From positions 6,004,708 through 6,068,707 of the forward strand of contig CAVNZM010000017.1 of NCBI GenBank assembly GCA_963693365.1: DNA of 64,000 nucleotides, given 5' to 3'. Positions 35,114 to 50,102 of the stretch are shown here, in pieces. This DNA comes from Amoebidium appalachense (Eukaryota; Protista; Ichthyosporea). Every line of letters begins with the position of its first letter. Positions within the stretch are counted from its first letter, which is position 1. The translations under genes and the position numbers were made by a program. The notes beneath the pieces are model-generated. The model saw only the letters and a program-made list of their open reading frames with translations, searched no databases and was not told the origin of the DNA.

Positions 35114-38100
35114 GGCCCGATGTGTTCGTCAACATGCGTGCGGCGCCTTACTCCACGGTCCAAGTAGCCGACAAGGGTGCATGTGCAGTGCTTGGGGTGG
35201 GCGACGTGTTCTTTTCCAGCACCATCGACGGCGTTACTGCGGTGCATCAGCTGACGGATGTACTCTACGTGCCCTCCATCCCCGACACTCTCATCAGTGT
35301 GTTCACGGCATCTACCAACGGCGTTTTACCCCGCTTTGACACCCGCGGCGGCGTTAAGTTGTGCTACGGCGATCAAATTCTGGCCACCGGCTCGGCTGTC
35401 GGCACCAAGCTGTACCACATGGCGGTGTCTCTTCTGCGCGCGGACACAACCCCGGACGCCCAAACCACCACTGCTCCGCGTATCCTCAAGGTTACTGCCG
35501 ACCTCAACACGTGGCACTACCGTCTGGGCCATGCTGTCATTGACGCTGTACGCTCGGTCATCAAGTCTGCAGGCCTGTTGGTGGGTGGCGGTGCCAAGTC
35601 TCCGGGTGTGTGTGAGCCCTGTGCCCTCGGCAAAGCCCACCGTGTTGCCTTCTCCGAATCAACCAGCCAAGCTCCCCGGGTCCTAGCCAAGGTTCACAGC
35701 GACATCAGCGGCCCCTTCCCTCCCGCGATCGGTGGTGCTCAGTACTTGGCGACGTTCCACGACGACTTCACCGGCCACACCACGGCCGTGCCCCTCGTCA
35801 AGAAGTCGGACACACTGGCTGCATATGTGACGTACCACAAGGCGGCGGTTACCCAACACGGTGTTCCCATGCAGGTGTTTCAGTCCGACGGGGGGGGCGA
35901 GTACATGGGCACGGCCTTCGGGGACTACAACCGTGAGCACGGCATTCGCCATCAGATCACTACCACCGGCTCTCCTCAACAGAATGGGACTGCCGAACGA
36001 CTGAACCGGATCCTCCTCGACATGGTTCGGGCACTCCTGCAGCAGTCCGGCCTTCCGGTGGGATTCTGGGCCGAGGCAGCTGTGACCGCGGCTTTTATAC
36101 GCAACATGCTCCCGTCGCGAGCCACCGGCAGCCAATCGTCTCCCGCCCTGCTGTGGACCGGCATTCCTCCCGACTACAGCCGGCTCCGTGTCTGGGGCTC
36201 TCCCTGCTACGTCCATCTGATTCAACAGGATACACCGAAACTGGCGCCTCGTGCCGTCAAGGGCATCTGAAGTTCGTGGGCTACCCTCCTAACATCAAGG
36301 GCTACAAGGTCTGGATTCCAGCAGCACACAAGATGACCGTCAGCCGTGACGTGCAGTTCGACGAGGCTGCTATTCTGCACCCCCTCCGTGATGTCCCATC
36401 TGATTGGACGACCGCACCGGCAATTCATCATTTTTTGGAGTCATCTGATTCGTCAAATCAGCCAGCCAATCACATCGTCCGGAATGATCAGCAATCTGAT
36501 TCGTCTCGTCTGTCAGCCAATGGGACAGCGCCGAGTGATCAATTGGACATTCCGATCCTGCCCGAGCCTGCACATCGGCTCCCCCGGACGACCCGTAGTG
36601 GCGCTGTGTACAACGACCAACGTCGAGGCCCGACTGCCAACGTGGCTGCTGCTACGGCCCCCCTTGCCTCCCAGGCTACGGCTCCTGCATCAACACCCAT
36701 CAAGGCTTCCACCATTGTTGTCCCCAAGACTGTCCGGGCTGCACTCAAGAGTCCCCAGCGTCTGAAATGGGAGGAGGCTGCACACCGTGAGCTCAAGGCC
36801 CTGGAAGACAACGGCACCTTCACCCTTGTGCCCCGTCCAGAGGATGGCTCCACTGTCATTCCGGTCGGCTGGGTCTTTACGGTCAAGCAGGACAAGGTCG
36901 GCAACGTCACTGCTTTCAAGGCCCGGCTTGTGGCCCGGGGCAACTACCAGCAGCCTGGCCAGGACTATTTCGTCACCGAGTCACCTGTGGCTGCGCTGGC
37001 TACCATCCGGCTGGTTTTGGCTACCTCCGTGGCCCAAGGTCTGCCTCTGCGCCACATCGACGTCAACACAGCATTCCTCAACGGCACCGTCAACGAGACC
37101 ATCTACATTGAGCAGCCCCCTGGCTTCGTCAACCCCTCGGCCCCCCATGCTGTCGGCTTGCTCCACAAGGCGCTCTACGGCCTAAAACAGGCACCGCGCC
37201 AGTGGTATGAGGCCCTCCGTGACCATCTCCTCGACCAAGGCTTCATTGTGAGTGCTGCTGACCCGTGCCTGTTCATCAAGAATGCCGGGACCCCAACGTT
37301 TATTGCCCTTGCTGCCTACGTGGATGACTTCACCGTGACGGCCGCCACTGATGCGCTCATCGACGATTTTTTCACCAAGCTGGATGCTCGTTTCTCTGCC
37401 AAGGACCTGGGTCGTCCTACCCTGCTCATCGGGCACACTCTTACCTGGCTGGAGGACGGGTCTCTGCGTCTGGGCCATCGTCAACACATCATCGACTTGG
37501 CTGCCCGTTTTCGTCTCACCCACATGTCCGGCACCAAGACCCCCATCGTCCCGGGCCAGGCCAGTGAAAGCAACAAGACCCCAGCCTACAGCAAGAAGGA
37601 GGACTATGCCAGCCTGGTCGGTGCCCTGCTGTGGATTGCGCGTACCACCCGCCCCGACATTTCCCAGGCTCTGGGAGTCCTTACTCGACACATTCATGCG
37701 CCCACCGTCACCCACTGGACCATCATGGCTACCAGAGTTGTAAGCTACCTGCTGGCCACCATCGACCTGGGTATTGTCTACCGTCCCGGCCCCCCCACCC
37801 TTGTTGGCTACTCCGACTCCGACTACGCCGAGGACCGCGACACCCGGCGCTCCACCACGGGCTATGTCTTCTTCATCAACTCCTCCCCTGTGTCCTGGGT
37901 GTCTCGGCTCCAGTCCATCACCACCCACAGCTCCACTGAGGCTGAATTTGTGGCCATGTCTGCTGCTACGAACGAGGCCATATGGCTCAACTATGTGATG
38001 GACGACCTGGGCCTTAATCCTATCGATGAGCCCACCCCGGTGCCCATCCATGGGGACAATGAGTCTGCCCGGGCCCTGCTGGACACCCTGGGGGTTAAGC

Positions 38101-38270
38101 CCAAGACCAAGCACATCGACGTCCGCTACTGCTCCGTCAAGGAACATCACCTGCTGGGCAACATCACTGTGGTCCCGGTGGCTTCTGCTGACAACAAGGC
38201 CGACATGTTCACCAAGGCCCTGTCTGCCTCTTTCTTCACCAAGGCCGTGGGGATGCTCAACATGTGCTGA
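35114..38270 (+). pseudogene. pol: pol (PR-IN-RT-RH) of copia A3, frameshifted
   Basis: Near-identical to A1 pol. The 5-bp insertion at 36269 breaks the frame; in-frame insertions at 36218 and near 37722. Confidence 0.93.
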
Positions 38271-38455
38271 GCACCCGTCATCAACCAACTGCGCCCTCAT
38301 ACTTCAGGGGGGGGAGAGAGTTGCATCCGACTGTGCAACTACGTGTACCATACTAAAATTGAGTAGGGGAATCTTTATTGTCTGTATTTTGTGCACCTGA
38401 AGCACTCGAGCTCAGTTGCATTAATTCATACCACAATTATCCAATTGAGTAGGGG

Positions 38456-39221
38456 TGTTGGAGTACACTGGTACTCCCGGCTAGCAATGTCTGTTAGAGA
38501 AAGTTTCTGAGCAATTGAATAATTGTTTCAACACTCACTCGAGTGCATAGAGCTTTTGTTTACGGTCATATTCATATATGGTAGTTATATGTTTGAGCCA
38601 AAACTGTACCAATGACGAGCTTCACTAGCAACGTGCTAATTGTGCTCATTAATTAATATTCCCGGTTCAGATGATGTCATGTCTATATTTGCCACAGGAT
38701 TCTATTCTTAGAGTGGTAGTGTGCTTTATTCCCGGATATTCTCAGAATATTTTTAGTTGTGTGAAGTGAGATTTACGTTTAACTGCAATTGGTGTGTTAA
38801 ACACGTTTATTTGTGTGCTTTAGTGCAAGTTAACTAGCCACTCAAACGTGCACAGTTAACTTTTATATCTTTAACGACTTGTTTTCATTGTGCTCTCTTT
38901 TCGGCCATGCTGTACATGGCCCACCACCAGGGTGCACACGAGGCCACCATGAGGTGGCCAACGACTATATAAAGCAGTGCCTCCCATGTCACAAACATGG
39001 GAAGCAGAACGTTTGATTTACACTTTTCTACTGTCGTTTTCAGTGCACAAAACACATAGACTAGTTACCCATCATACACGACACTATGTCTGACAACTTA
39101 CAGTTGCAGCAACTAGTCCAACTACTGGAGCAGAGGTTGGCCTCACAAGATGCAATCATTTCTGACTTACAGAAGGAACAACGTGCACTAGAACTAGCTT
39201 CTATGAACACAATGTCCAACA
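38456..39221 (+). repeat. 3' A-type LTR closing the composite
   Basis: 766 bp, preceded by PPT GAGTAGGGG, followed by CAAAC. Confidence 0.96.
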
Positions 39222-39239
39222 CAAACAAGCACAGAAACG

Positions 39240-39615
<376 letters not shown>

Positions 39616-40000
39616 AACCGTGGCTTTCGCACACATCTCAAATGCTCCCACATGCTAGAGAGCTAACAAATGCTCAACCATACCTGATTAAGTTACTATC
39701 TGCACCTGATTCCGAATTAAACGCTAAGGGTGCAGCATCATTTGCGGGAGAAGGATTTCAGGGACATAGAAGGCCGAGGGGGAGGCGGCGGCGGGGGGTG
39801 GGGTGGGGGGTGGGGGGTGGGGGGGAGGGGGGGGGGGTTGCGAATAGACAGTAATCAAGAACATGCAAACCAAAGGGATGGGCTTGACCCCGGCAGGGAA
39901 GGCTTTGATGTGTTACAAAGTTTCAAATTAAATGAGCAATATAAATGGGCAGCTCAGCCCCCCTGTGCCTCCTCTCCCCCCCCCCCCCCCCCCCCCCCCT

Positions 40001-40039
<39 letters not shown>

Positions 40040-40410
40040 AAAAAAAAAAAAGTTGCAATTGCCTGGGTGCTGAGACTTAGCAAGAGAGAACGGCAGCTAC
40101 TCAGACTAGAAGTGAAGAACGAAAGGAACTCTGCAATAGCTGCCATCGCTACCACCCCATCAACACCAAACCTCTGCTGGCCCGGCAGTGTGTGTGTACC
40201 GGTACCATAGACGTTGGGGTAGAGGTGTCATTCAGAGAATTTGCAATCTCCTACCCTATTCCTGCTTTTTTTTGCCGTGTTTTTAAACAATTCCAGGTTC
40301 TTGGGTCATCGGCTTGATCAGGTGCTTATGCTCTTATTTTCCCCCACTCCCTTAATTTAAAAGAAAGAGAGGGGAAACAGTGGAACTTTTTCAATTTATT
40401 TATTCAAGTT

Positions 40411-40463
<53 letters not shown>

Positions 40464-40781
40464 GGAGGGAGAGAGGAGGGGGAGCGATACTCAGTGCTTT
40501 CATGTATGATGGTGTACATGCGAGCGGATGCAGGAGGGGGGGGGGGGGGGGGGGTGGAGGGGGGGGGGAAGGGGGGGACGGGAGGGGGGGGGGGGGGAGG
40601 GGAGGAAGAGAGGGAGGGGGAGAAATTACTTGAGGGTTTTCAGCCCAGTGTGCAACTGTACACACATGCATGTGCATGTTTGGGTGTGCGTGTGCATGTG
40701 TATCCCTTTTATGTGCACTTGGGTTTGTGTGTGTGTGTGCGTGAGTGTGTGTGCGTGTGCGTGTGCGTGTGGGTGCGTGTG

Positions 40782-40840
<59 letters not shown>

Positions 40841-40859
40841 AGAAAGTGTGTGTGTGACA

Positions 40860-40931
<72 letters not shown>

Positions 40932-41006
40932 GTAATACATAGTATTTACATATGGTAAGATCTTCTCAGTTTGTGTTATGTTTCAGTTCATATGCTTAAT
41001 GTATAT

Positions 41007-41199
41007 GGGGTTTACGCTGTTTACTCGAGGCAAAGAGAACCAGTCTCAGGTATGGGGGGGGGTTTTGCTCGGAATATCCCCTCAGCGGTATATCATGATC
41101 ACGTACATAGATGTCGGGTGGTGACTATATATCAGGGTTTACTTTCTCTACGAGACACCATAAAGACTACAAGGAGAAATCAATTAGTTGGGGTTCCCC

Positions 41200-41239
<40 letters not shown>

Positions 41240-41271
41240 GGGCTCCCCTCGGGACACTCGGTATCAGCTGG

Positions 41272-41318
<47 letters not shown>

Positions 41319-42007
41319 TGTGTGTGTGTGCGCGTGCGCTATAATTTTGTAGTGATGTGTTTCTCAAGCCAATCAATACATCTAATAAACAGGTCGTAGT
41401 TACGCGTGTTCAGTATAAAATCAAGGATGTTGTAATTTACAGGTAGGCTATCTTTCTGGGTGTCTGTTGTGAATGTGACGTGTGTGTGTTGCGGTATTAT
41501 GTGGTCTATCAAACTACATTTGGCGATACATGACCGGTTAAACTGGTGTGTGTGTGTGTTGTTTGGGCATGCAAATGATGCCACCTTATACTTATTAGAT
41601 CTCCACTGTATAGCACGTGTACAGTAAAAGCGTGGTAATTGATCAATGATACCATCAGCTAGAGAAAGACCAGTTCTACAGGAAGGTAATATGTATTTAG
41701 GTGTTATACACTTGCGAGTGCCATATTTGGCAATATGGTTGAGGCGGTCAGTATATATAAAACGAGACATAAGGCTTAGTTTTTCAAGGTGTATGCTTTC
41801 ATCGGGTCTAGTGTCGTGTGGTATCTTTTTCCATTTGTTATATTGCGTGATTATCTTGTGATTGTGTACATGTTTAATAAGTAAGTGGCAGTCCAAAGTC
41901 ACACACACACTATTGCGGGGTTTATTTGTATTTGTGCCCAGGGGAGAAGGGGAGAGAGAGGGGAGGAAAGAGAGAGAGGGGAGGAAAGAAGAGAGAGGGG
42001 GAGGAAA
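41007..42007 (-). mobile_element. 5'-truncated LINE copy (3' ~1 kb of the element at 53157-55983) inserted in the B2 LTR
   Basis: Near-identical to the reverse complement of ~55000-55983. TSD GTATAT(G) at 41001 and 42008; LTR-B resumes on both sides. Confidence 0.93.
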
Positions 42008-42921
42008 GTATATGCCACACTCCTATGATGTAAAGTGTAGCATCGATCTCCGATATGCTTGTATACTTGTAATCGTGTTGTATCGGCTTTAATCGTGTGT
42101 TGTAATATCGATTAGAATATTTATATGTGTGTACACGGATCCACCCACTCAGGGAGAGACGTGTACATGTTCGTGTGTACATAAATATCTCTGGTTATAG
42201 TTATGCTATTACTATCTTGTTTGTTGATCTGTGCTCTCTTTTCCTTCCTCTTTCTCCTTCCTTATTTTCTTTTGTTTCTCTCCTTGTCTTCATGTGTATA
42301 ATCGTATTTCTTTTCTACTAATATATGTTAGGTAGATTTGTGTTACTTAATACGTGTTCATTGGACGGTAACACACTTAGGCTACACTTAGAATAGCATG
42401 TGTGTTTAGACTTCATTAATTCACTTTAGTTTTCATGTGTTGCCGGGCTTTAACCAATCATCAAGGTTAAGTGTGATATGTCTGAGTCTTTGCAGTATGT
42501 CATAGGTTAGAACTTCCTTGATGATGACACGAGTTGATCTTAACTAGTGTCTGTGTCCTATCGTGTACGTCTCCGCGTACCGGATCTCTCTGAAAGCAAT
42601 TGGTTCTTAGTGATTGGTTTCTATTAGAGATGGATCTGATTTCCGACTGGTCGGAAATCATGTATGGATTGGACTTAGAGGAATTTCAGGTATTTATTCG
42701 AAGATCAGAATAAATTCAGTCAGTCGTGTCTAAACATTGATGTCTGTTGTGTACACTACTCCGATCGTTTCCGTGTTTTGTTGTTGTGTGTGTCTGTGGT
42801 GTTTTTACACTGCACCACTGTGTCTCTGCTTTCATCCCAAATACTTATACAATTTAACAGGTTATGCAGCCCTTTTGCACGCTCCTTACACACATCTAGA
42901 ACTAGCGATCGTTTTTCAATC

Positions 42922-45900
42922 ATGGATCCAAACAAAACTGGTGTAAACAAAATAACCATGTGGAAAGGTGAAGGGAAGACTGGTCCCGATAGCAAAACCA
43001 CCTATTTTCAATGGGAAATCATTTTTCTCGGCATGATGACCGGCACTAAAGGTGTCCGACTCGTGGATGTTGTACTTGCTGACAACTACGTCCCCCCTAC
43101 CACCGTCGCGGTTGACGGTGAACCCCCCTTCTACGGCTACGGCACTACCGCGGAGCTCAAGGAGGCCCGCAATTGCCTCCTGCTCCATATGATTCAGAAC
43201 ATCGACCCTTCCGTGCTCACCACCGTTGCCCAGTACCGTATTGGCATGGACCCTGAACGGGCCATGTGGAAATTCCGTCAACACTACCTCCAAGGCAAAC
43301 CCGATCAGATCCGCATCCTTCACTGTCAGTGGGATGCCTGTGCCCTTCAGCCCGGTGAATCATTCACCACCTACCTGAGTCGTCTGCAGACCATCGTGAA
43401 CCAGCTCCAGTCCCTCCAAGATGAGTCCATTCACTTCACTCGTCTAGCTGAGAAGTTCTTCAATGAACTCACCACCAGAGACGACCTCACCCCTGAGTTC
43501 AACCGTCTTATCGAAGACTATCACTTCGGTGATAAGCTATTCCCCGACTTCGAGTCCCTCCACAACCACGTCAAGGGCATCGAGTTACGTCAAGACCTCA
43601 AGATGCAACTCCGGAGCAACCGTGCCCACCGTGCCTCCAAGTCCAGCATGGCATTAAATGCCAGTGCTCCCCCCCGTGATCTTCCTCGCCGTGACTTACG
43701 CAACCGGCTTGACCGTACCCCTGGCACGGACCTCCGAACTCGTCTCTCCCGTCAGCACACCCGATCCCGTTCCCCCCACCGGCCTGCCTTCCGGTCCACG
43801 TCTCGTTCCCCCAGTCGTTCCCGTTTCTCGGGTTCCCGTCGTTCTGATTCCCCGGCTCGTTCTAACAACCCGTCCGTGAAAGCATGCTCCTACTGCCACG
43901 AGCCTGATCACACGATCATCGATTGCCCCGAGCCGAAATGCCGTATGTCCAGACACAACCGTTCCCGTCAAGGCAATGAGAAATCTGTCTCCTTTGCTTT
44001 CTCGGCATACAATGCTAGCTCCGTCCCCGTGTCCTCCGACCCTGCCTGGGATTCCGGGTGCAACATGACTGTCTGCCCCACCCGTGAGTTCTTCCATGAC
44101 CTCACTCCCCTTCCGACACCGACTCCCGTTGCTGCCTTCAATGGCACCCCCGTCTTGGCCACCCACACCGGCCATATCGTCATCAACACCACCACCGACC
44201 ATGGCACTGCCACCCTTACCATTGAAGCCTCAGGCTACTACACCCCGTCTGGCCAAGCCTTCCTCATTTCAACATCCCAAGCTGCTGCCGAATACATCAA
44301 GGGTGATTTGAATGATGCCTCCACTCCGTCATTCCTCTTCGACCGACTTACCGGCCGTCATCTCGTCAACCTCCGTCTACACAACGGTCTGTATTACTTC
44401 AAGGACTACGCCATTCAACTACCCACTCGTCCTGTGGCTCTGGCTGCCACCACCAGTGTTAACCCATCCATCTGGCACCATCGTCTGGGGCACCGTGCTA
44501 TGACCAGCATCAAGGACATGGTGAAACACGACCTTGTTATTGGTCTCCCCTCGTCTGTCCTCGACTGTGATGTTCCTGATTGTCATGGCTGCATTATGGG
44601 TAAAACCACCAAGGCTCCGTTCAAGGGTGACCGTCTTCACTCCGACATCCCCGGTCATGAATGGCATTGGGATTTTTTCGAGCCTACCACAACATCGTAC
44701 GGAGGTTCCCAGGTTGCTCTCGTCACTGTCTGCCGTGCCTCTGGCCTCGTCAAGATCTACCCGATGCCCGACCGTACAACCACCCTGGACATTCTCACAG
44801 CTCACACCAACCTCGTTGCTACCCATGCCCCCTCCAAAGTTGGTGTCTACCACTTCGACTCCGGCTCTGAGTTCACCTCCAAGGCTACCCGTGCTTTTTG
44901 CCTCTCCCAGGGCATCAAGGCCAGCTATGCTCCGGTGGACTGCCCTCAACTGAACGGCTATGTTGAACGTCGTATGCGGTTCCTCCAAGAGATTGTTCGT
45001 TGCCTCCTCCATCAAGTCCAAGATCAGTCTCTGTCCCCCAAACTGTGGGCTGAGGCCCTCCAACATGCCGCCTACATCATCAACGTCACCCCGTCCACGA
45101 CTGCCAATGGTCGTACACCATTCGAGGTTTTCTACGGTGTCAAGCCCGACATCTCCGAGCTCAAAGTGTTCGGTTGCCCTGCCTACACTCATGTGCCAGC
45201 CTCTAAACGGAACAAGCTGGCCCCCACCGTCAAACTCGGCATGTATATCGGCTATGATCTTCAATCACACTGCCACCGGATCTTCAACCCCACCACCCAT
45301 CGTGTCGGCCTCTTCCGTGACGTGATTTTCGACGAATCAGCTTATCTCCCGTCCGACATTCCATCAACACTTCCGACCCCCGACACCACTGCTACCTCGA
45401 CCACCCCACCCCCCACAGTTGACACTGAAGATGATGTTTGTCTGGTGCACTCTGGCCCCCCTCCTGCCATCGTCGTTCCCCCAACACCCCCCCCCCCACC
45501 GGCCCCCCTGCCCCCGTGCCCGTCCAGCCTGCCGACCCTCATCCTGCCCCTGGCAACGTCACACCCATCCGACCCGGCTCCCCCGACAACTTCCACTCGG
45601 CCCCGTCCAGCCCGGAGGTTGCCCCCCCTGCAATTCCGAACTTCCAAGTTCCCCCCCCCCCCGTCTCCACCTCCCCCGGTTCCTGCACCCCGTCGTTCTG
45701 CTCGTCTACAGGGCAAGGTTGGACTTCAAGCCACCACCACCCTGCCAGTCCCCCCGGTCCCCCCATCAACATCGACCAACTACCCAAACTTGTCCGTCAA
45801 CTGTGTTCCGGACCCAATGGTGACCAGGTCAAGTCAGCCCTCACTGCTGAGTATCAAGCCTTCGTCGACAAAGACATCTTTGAACTTGTTGACCCTCCCC

Positions 45901-46511
45901 CTGGTGCTAACATCGTCGGCTTCAAGTGGATTGTCTCCGAGAAAACTCTCAACTCGGCTGGTGACACCAAGATCAAGGCCCGTGGTGTTGCTCAAGGCTT
46001 CAGTCAGCAATGCGGTGTTGACTATGAGTTGATCGAGAGCCCTGTCATCCGTCCGGCTGCTCTCCGTGCTATCCTAGCTCTGGCCGTTGTTGAAGGTCAT
46101 GACATCCATCAACTCGACGTGTCTACGGCCTTTCTCAACAGCCCACTCACCGAGACCATCTACATGAAACAACCCCCGGGATTCATCACCATGGCCACAC
46201 TTGGCAAGGTCTGGAGACTCAAGAAAGCCCTGTACGGCCTCAAGCAAGCCTCCAAGGCTTGGTACGACTTCCTCGACGGCATTCTTCTTGCCCATGGCCT
46301 GACCCGTACTAAGACCGACCCGTGCATCTACCTCCGGTTCTTCCCCAACAACGATGTGGTTCGGGCTGGTAACTACGTCGACGACTCCACCAACACCCGG
46401 GGTTCTACTGCTGCCAGTGACCTGGCTGCCCACATCAGCAAGATGGCCAGCTGTCGTATGAGTCCATTTGACCGTATGCTCGGTGTTGATTTTAATCACT
46501 CTGATCCCCAT
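42922..46511 (+). pseudogene. gag-pol: Gag-Pol of copia B2, truncated in RT
   Basis: Near-identical to the B1 protein; frameshifts in poly-C runs; lacks the end of RT and RNase H. Confidence 0.92.
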
Positions 46512-46794
46512 TGTCGTATCCTAATATATGTGTACTAGAGACGCAGCACTCTACTAAGTGTACACACACGAAAAGGAACGAACGTGTATAGAAAAACGGT
46601 AAAGTTTATTAAGACCAGGCTCCGACGGGCAAACTTAGATCCGTACGGATTGAGTCTAAGTTACGACTGAGGCCAACAAGGCCGTGCCCTACAAGATCAT
46701 CATCACCTGGCCCCCTACGATGCCACATTCCATTAACATTCCGATCTACTTTTATCGTGCGCCTGCACGAGCTAAGTCGATCATCAGCAAACTT
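46512..46794 (-). mobile_element. Probable fragment of another LTR that interrupts B2
   Basis: Starts with TGT exactly at the B2 breakpoint; minus-strand AATAAA near 46605-46610. No partner LTR or TSD in the window. Confidence 0.4.
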
Positions 46795-47945
46795 CCCGGC
46801 GGTATTGCCAATATTGTGAGGCTATTATCTATTGCCAATATCGTAAAAATACCAGATTAATACTGAAGTAATATCAATTATCCATTGCCAATGTATTGCG
46901 AGTAGAGATTTTCTGTGGTAGAGACGCTATAGAAGTGTAATAGAACTGTAATATTGACGTAATATCGGCAACATATTTTGATATTATTGTCATACCATGC
47001 CGGGTCTACCACCAATAACTATATACCGTATGAGTAATGTACTGGCAATATCTCAAAACGCGTGTACGTGTGCCTATTAACAATACAATTTCGATATTGT
47101 CAATGTATTTATTCGGTATTATACTATTGCTTGCGGAGTATTGTCAATAAGTTATGAATATATAAAATGTAGGATAATTTTGTGTCAAATTATGGTATTG
47201 TCCAACGTGGCAAGACTATTGCCAATATATTATGAATGTATTATTCCTGACCATTTTGGGTTATTGGCAATATACCCAACACATATGTCCCATATGGCCG
47301 ATACAAACATAACGTCGCTATTGGTTATAGGGTTGTGATATGCTTATAATAGGGTCTCAATACGGTCCAAATGTATTGCCAATGTATCCGTCACAATATC
47401 AAGACTATTATGCACCTATTATCAATAGGTAAAAGCAACCGAAAATATGGGGCGTGTATTTTATTGCCAATATATTGGTACAATATTGGGGATGAAAGAA
47501 CAGGTCACTTTACCTATGTAGTTGCAATATTGTGAATGTATTGCCAACACATGTTCAACAAACATGTTCGGAGTGTAGTCCTTGTATGCGCAGTACATTG
47601 CTAATACCGTGGTATTAGGGTGGACATATACTGACATTATGTAGATCATATCCTACCCATATCACATCCATATTAGTAGGACATAAACATGATATAGCAA
47701 GAAAACTTTTATCCTATTGCGAATATCTAAGGCACAAGTGGTATTGGCAATGTCACGAATACATCTATAATACTGTCACCAATACGGACACAGCTAAGGA
47801 CACCATATATTGGTTATAGTCTCAGTATATACTGCCAGTATGTTCGAATGCGAACAAATCATTACGTAGGAGGTACTATCAATATACTACCAGTACCTGT
47901 ACGATATACACACGTCAAATACAATACATTTGCAGTATAATATGG
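46795..47945. repeat. AT-rich repeat with many TATTG(C/G)CAATA motifs (candidate DNA-transposon subterminal region)
   Basis: Starts CCCGGCGG. Motif or close variants at about 46803, 46830, 46883, 47096, 47139, 47217, 47262, 47374, 47462, 47539, 47741. Partial inverted copy at 55984-56351. Confidence 0.7.
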
Positions 47946-48493
47946 GTGCATTTCCGTACCAAGATTGAGAAGGGCAACGGCCATAACAAGTGGTCCTCAC
48001 GTTTTTAGCACCTCAAAATATAAAAGTTCTTTGTTTTGAATACTGTTCCTGGGGAAGATGTTCCCGTGGTCCGTGGTACAAACGTCACCGAACGTCCTAC
48101 CATTAAACCTTTCACCAGCCTACATCCTGTGTAAGCGGTAGGGTATAAAACTTGAAGTAGCATAAAGGATAATACAGGAAAGTAATGACAAACCCCCCCC
48201 CCCCCCCCCCCCCCCAACCCAACCCAACCCTAAAAAAAATATAAAAAAAACCTGGAGGAATAGAGTAAAAATTCTGAAATGCAAATCTAAGAGAACTCGC
48301 AGTCCCTACACACGTCCCCGAGACGCATCAAAGTTTACAGCATCCCCCCCCTCCTCCCCCTCCATTTTGTTTTAGTCCTATGTCTTTATGCCCCCTTGTT
48401 ACTTGCAATACTTTTCTTTCTTCGAAACATCCCTCACTCCCCTCACCCCCTTCCCCCCCAAACCCATCACCACGGACGCTGCCAGTGTAACCA

Positions 48494-48625
<132 letters not shown>

Positions 48626-48942
48626 CCACCCACCCATGCATACACGCACACACACAAACTTCCCCTTCTTCCTCTCAACTCTCTACCCTCTTTTACGTTT
48701 CACTGTGTGTTTCCTCTCTCGTTCTAGCACCAGTTTTGCTAACCGTTACAAACTTCACCTACTCTTGTTCAAGCCTCGACTGGTTGCTGAAGTCACCTCC
48801 TTTCCTTGTCCTTTTATGACCGCCCCCCACCCCTCCTCTCCCCTCCCCCCCTCCCTCCCCCCCCCCCCCCCCCTCCCTTCCCGACTGAAGCCTTAGTCTG
48901 TACTGAATAATCTCTGTCTTGTGACCCACCCTCTCGTCCTTC

Positions 48943-48976
<34 letters not shown>

Positions 48977-49364
48977 TTCTTCCTGCCCGGTTCCCCCCAT
49001 ACCTGTTCGCCTCGATTACTTGCAGTATTTCTTCTTATCCCTCCCCGATAACTATTAATTTTTTTCCCTCTTCTCCCATTGATCCTGTTTTGGTCCTGTG
49101 TCCCTCTATTCCAATGTCCTTTGCGATGCTTTGCTTCTTTGGCTGCCACCCTCGAATGCACACATCATCACCCCCCCCCCCCCTCCCCCCCCCCCCCCCC
49201 CCCCCTTCCCCTCTCGTTCCAGCGCCGGTTTTACCCATTATGGACTTAACCTGCTTTTGCTCAAGCCTCCACATGTCTGAAATTCTACCCCTTTCTCTCG
49301 TACTCTTTACCACCCCCCCCCCCCCCCCCCCCCTCTTGTCCTCCTACTACCCCTCTCCCCCCAA

Positions 49365-49384
49365 AAAAACACACATGCACACAG

Positions 49385-49418
<34 letters not shown>

Positions 49419-49559
49419 AACACACACAGCATTCGACACCGTCCAATCTTGTTCTCACCAAGGCATCCACATGCTCGCACACAATGCAAAAACATGCACT
49501 CCAAAAACATGCACTCACACACACGCACGCACATGCACACCGGGACACACACACACACC

Positions 49560-49629
<70 letters not shown>

Positions 49630-49856
49630 ACACACACACGACGTACACAGACATGCTCACACACACAAACACACAACACACACACACACACATACAGAGA
49701 GACACACACACATATGCACACACACGGTGCATTTCCTCCCCTCCCCTTCCCTCTCCACAGAGCACACACACACACACACGTGCACACATGCACACACACG
49801 GTGCATCCCCCCCCCCCCCTTCCCTCTCAACTGAGCACATACACACACACATACAT

Positions 49857-49901
<45 letters not shown>

Positions 49902-50044
49902 CACACATGCACACATGCACGGACACGAATCCCCCCCTTGCCCTTCCCTCTCCACCGAGCACATGCACACATGCACAGACATGCACATACACACACACAC
50001 CACACACGACGCACACAGACATGCACACACAGACAAACACACAA

Positions 50045-50102
<58 letters not shown>

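Larger units (their letters stand above)
22172..39221 (+). mobile_element. Composite copia-A structure: truncated copy A2 + copy A3, carrying a TRIM-like cassette and a nested copia B1
   Basis: Three same-orientation A-type LTRs (22172-22941, 25891-26656, 38456-39221). CAAAC flanks the whole block (22164-22168 followed by an extra TTT; 39222-39226). Confidence 0.9.
40928..46511 (+). mobile_element. Copia family B, copy B2 (5' LTR interrupted by a LINE; 3' end missing)
   Basis: LTR 40928-42859 starts within a (TG)n run; PBS GGTTATGCAGCCC; colinear with B1 until ...HSDPH at 46511. Confidence 0.94.

Noticed and set aside
37182-38300. Long antisense ORFs over copia pol (also 16753-17496, 30818-31705)
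   Set aside because: Expected shadows of GC3-rich coding sequence; no recognisable motifs.
46795-47004. Stand-alone MITE bounded by CCCGGC...GCCGGG
   Set aside because: The TIR match is imperfect, there is no TSD, and the motif-rich sequence continues past the putative right end.
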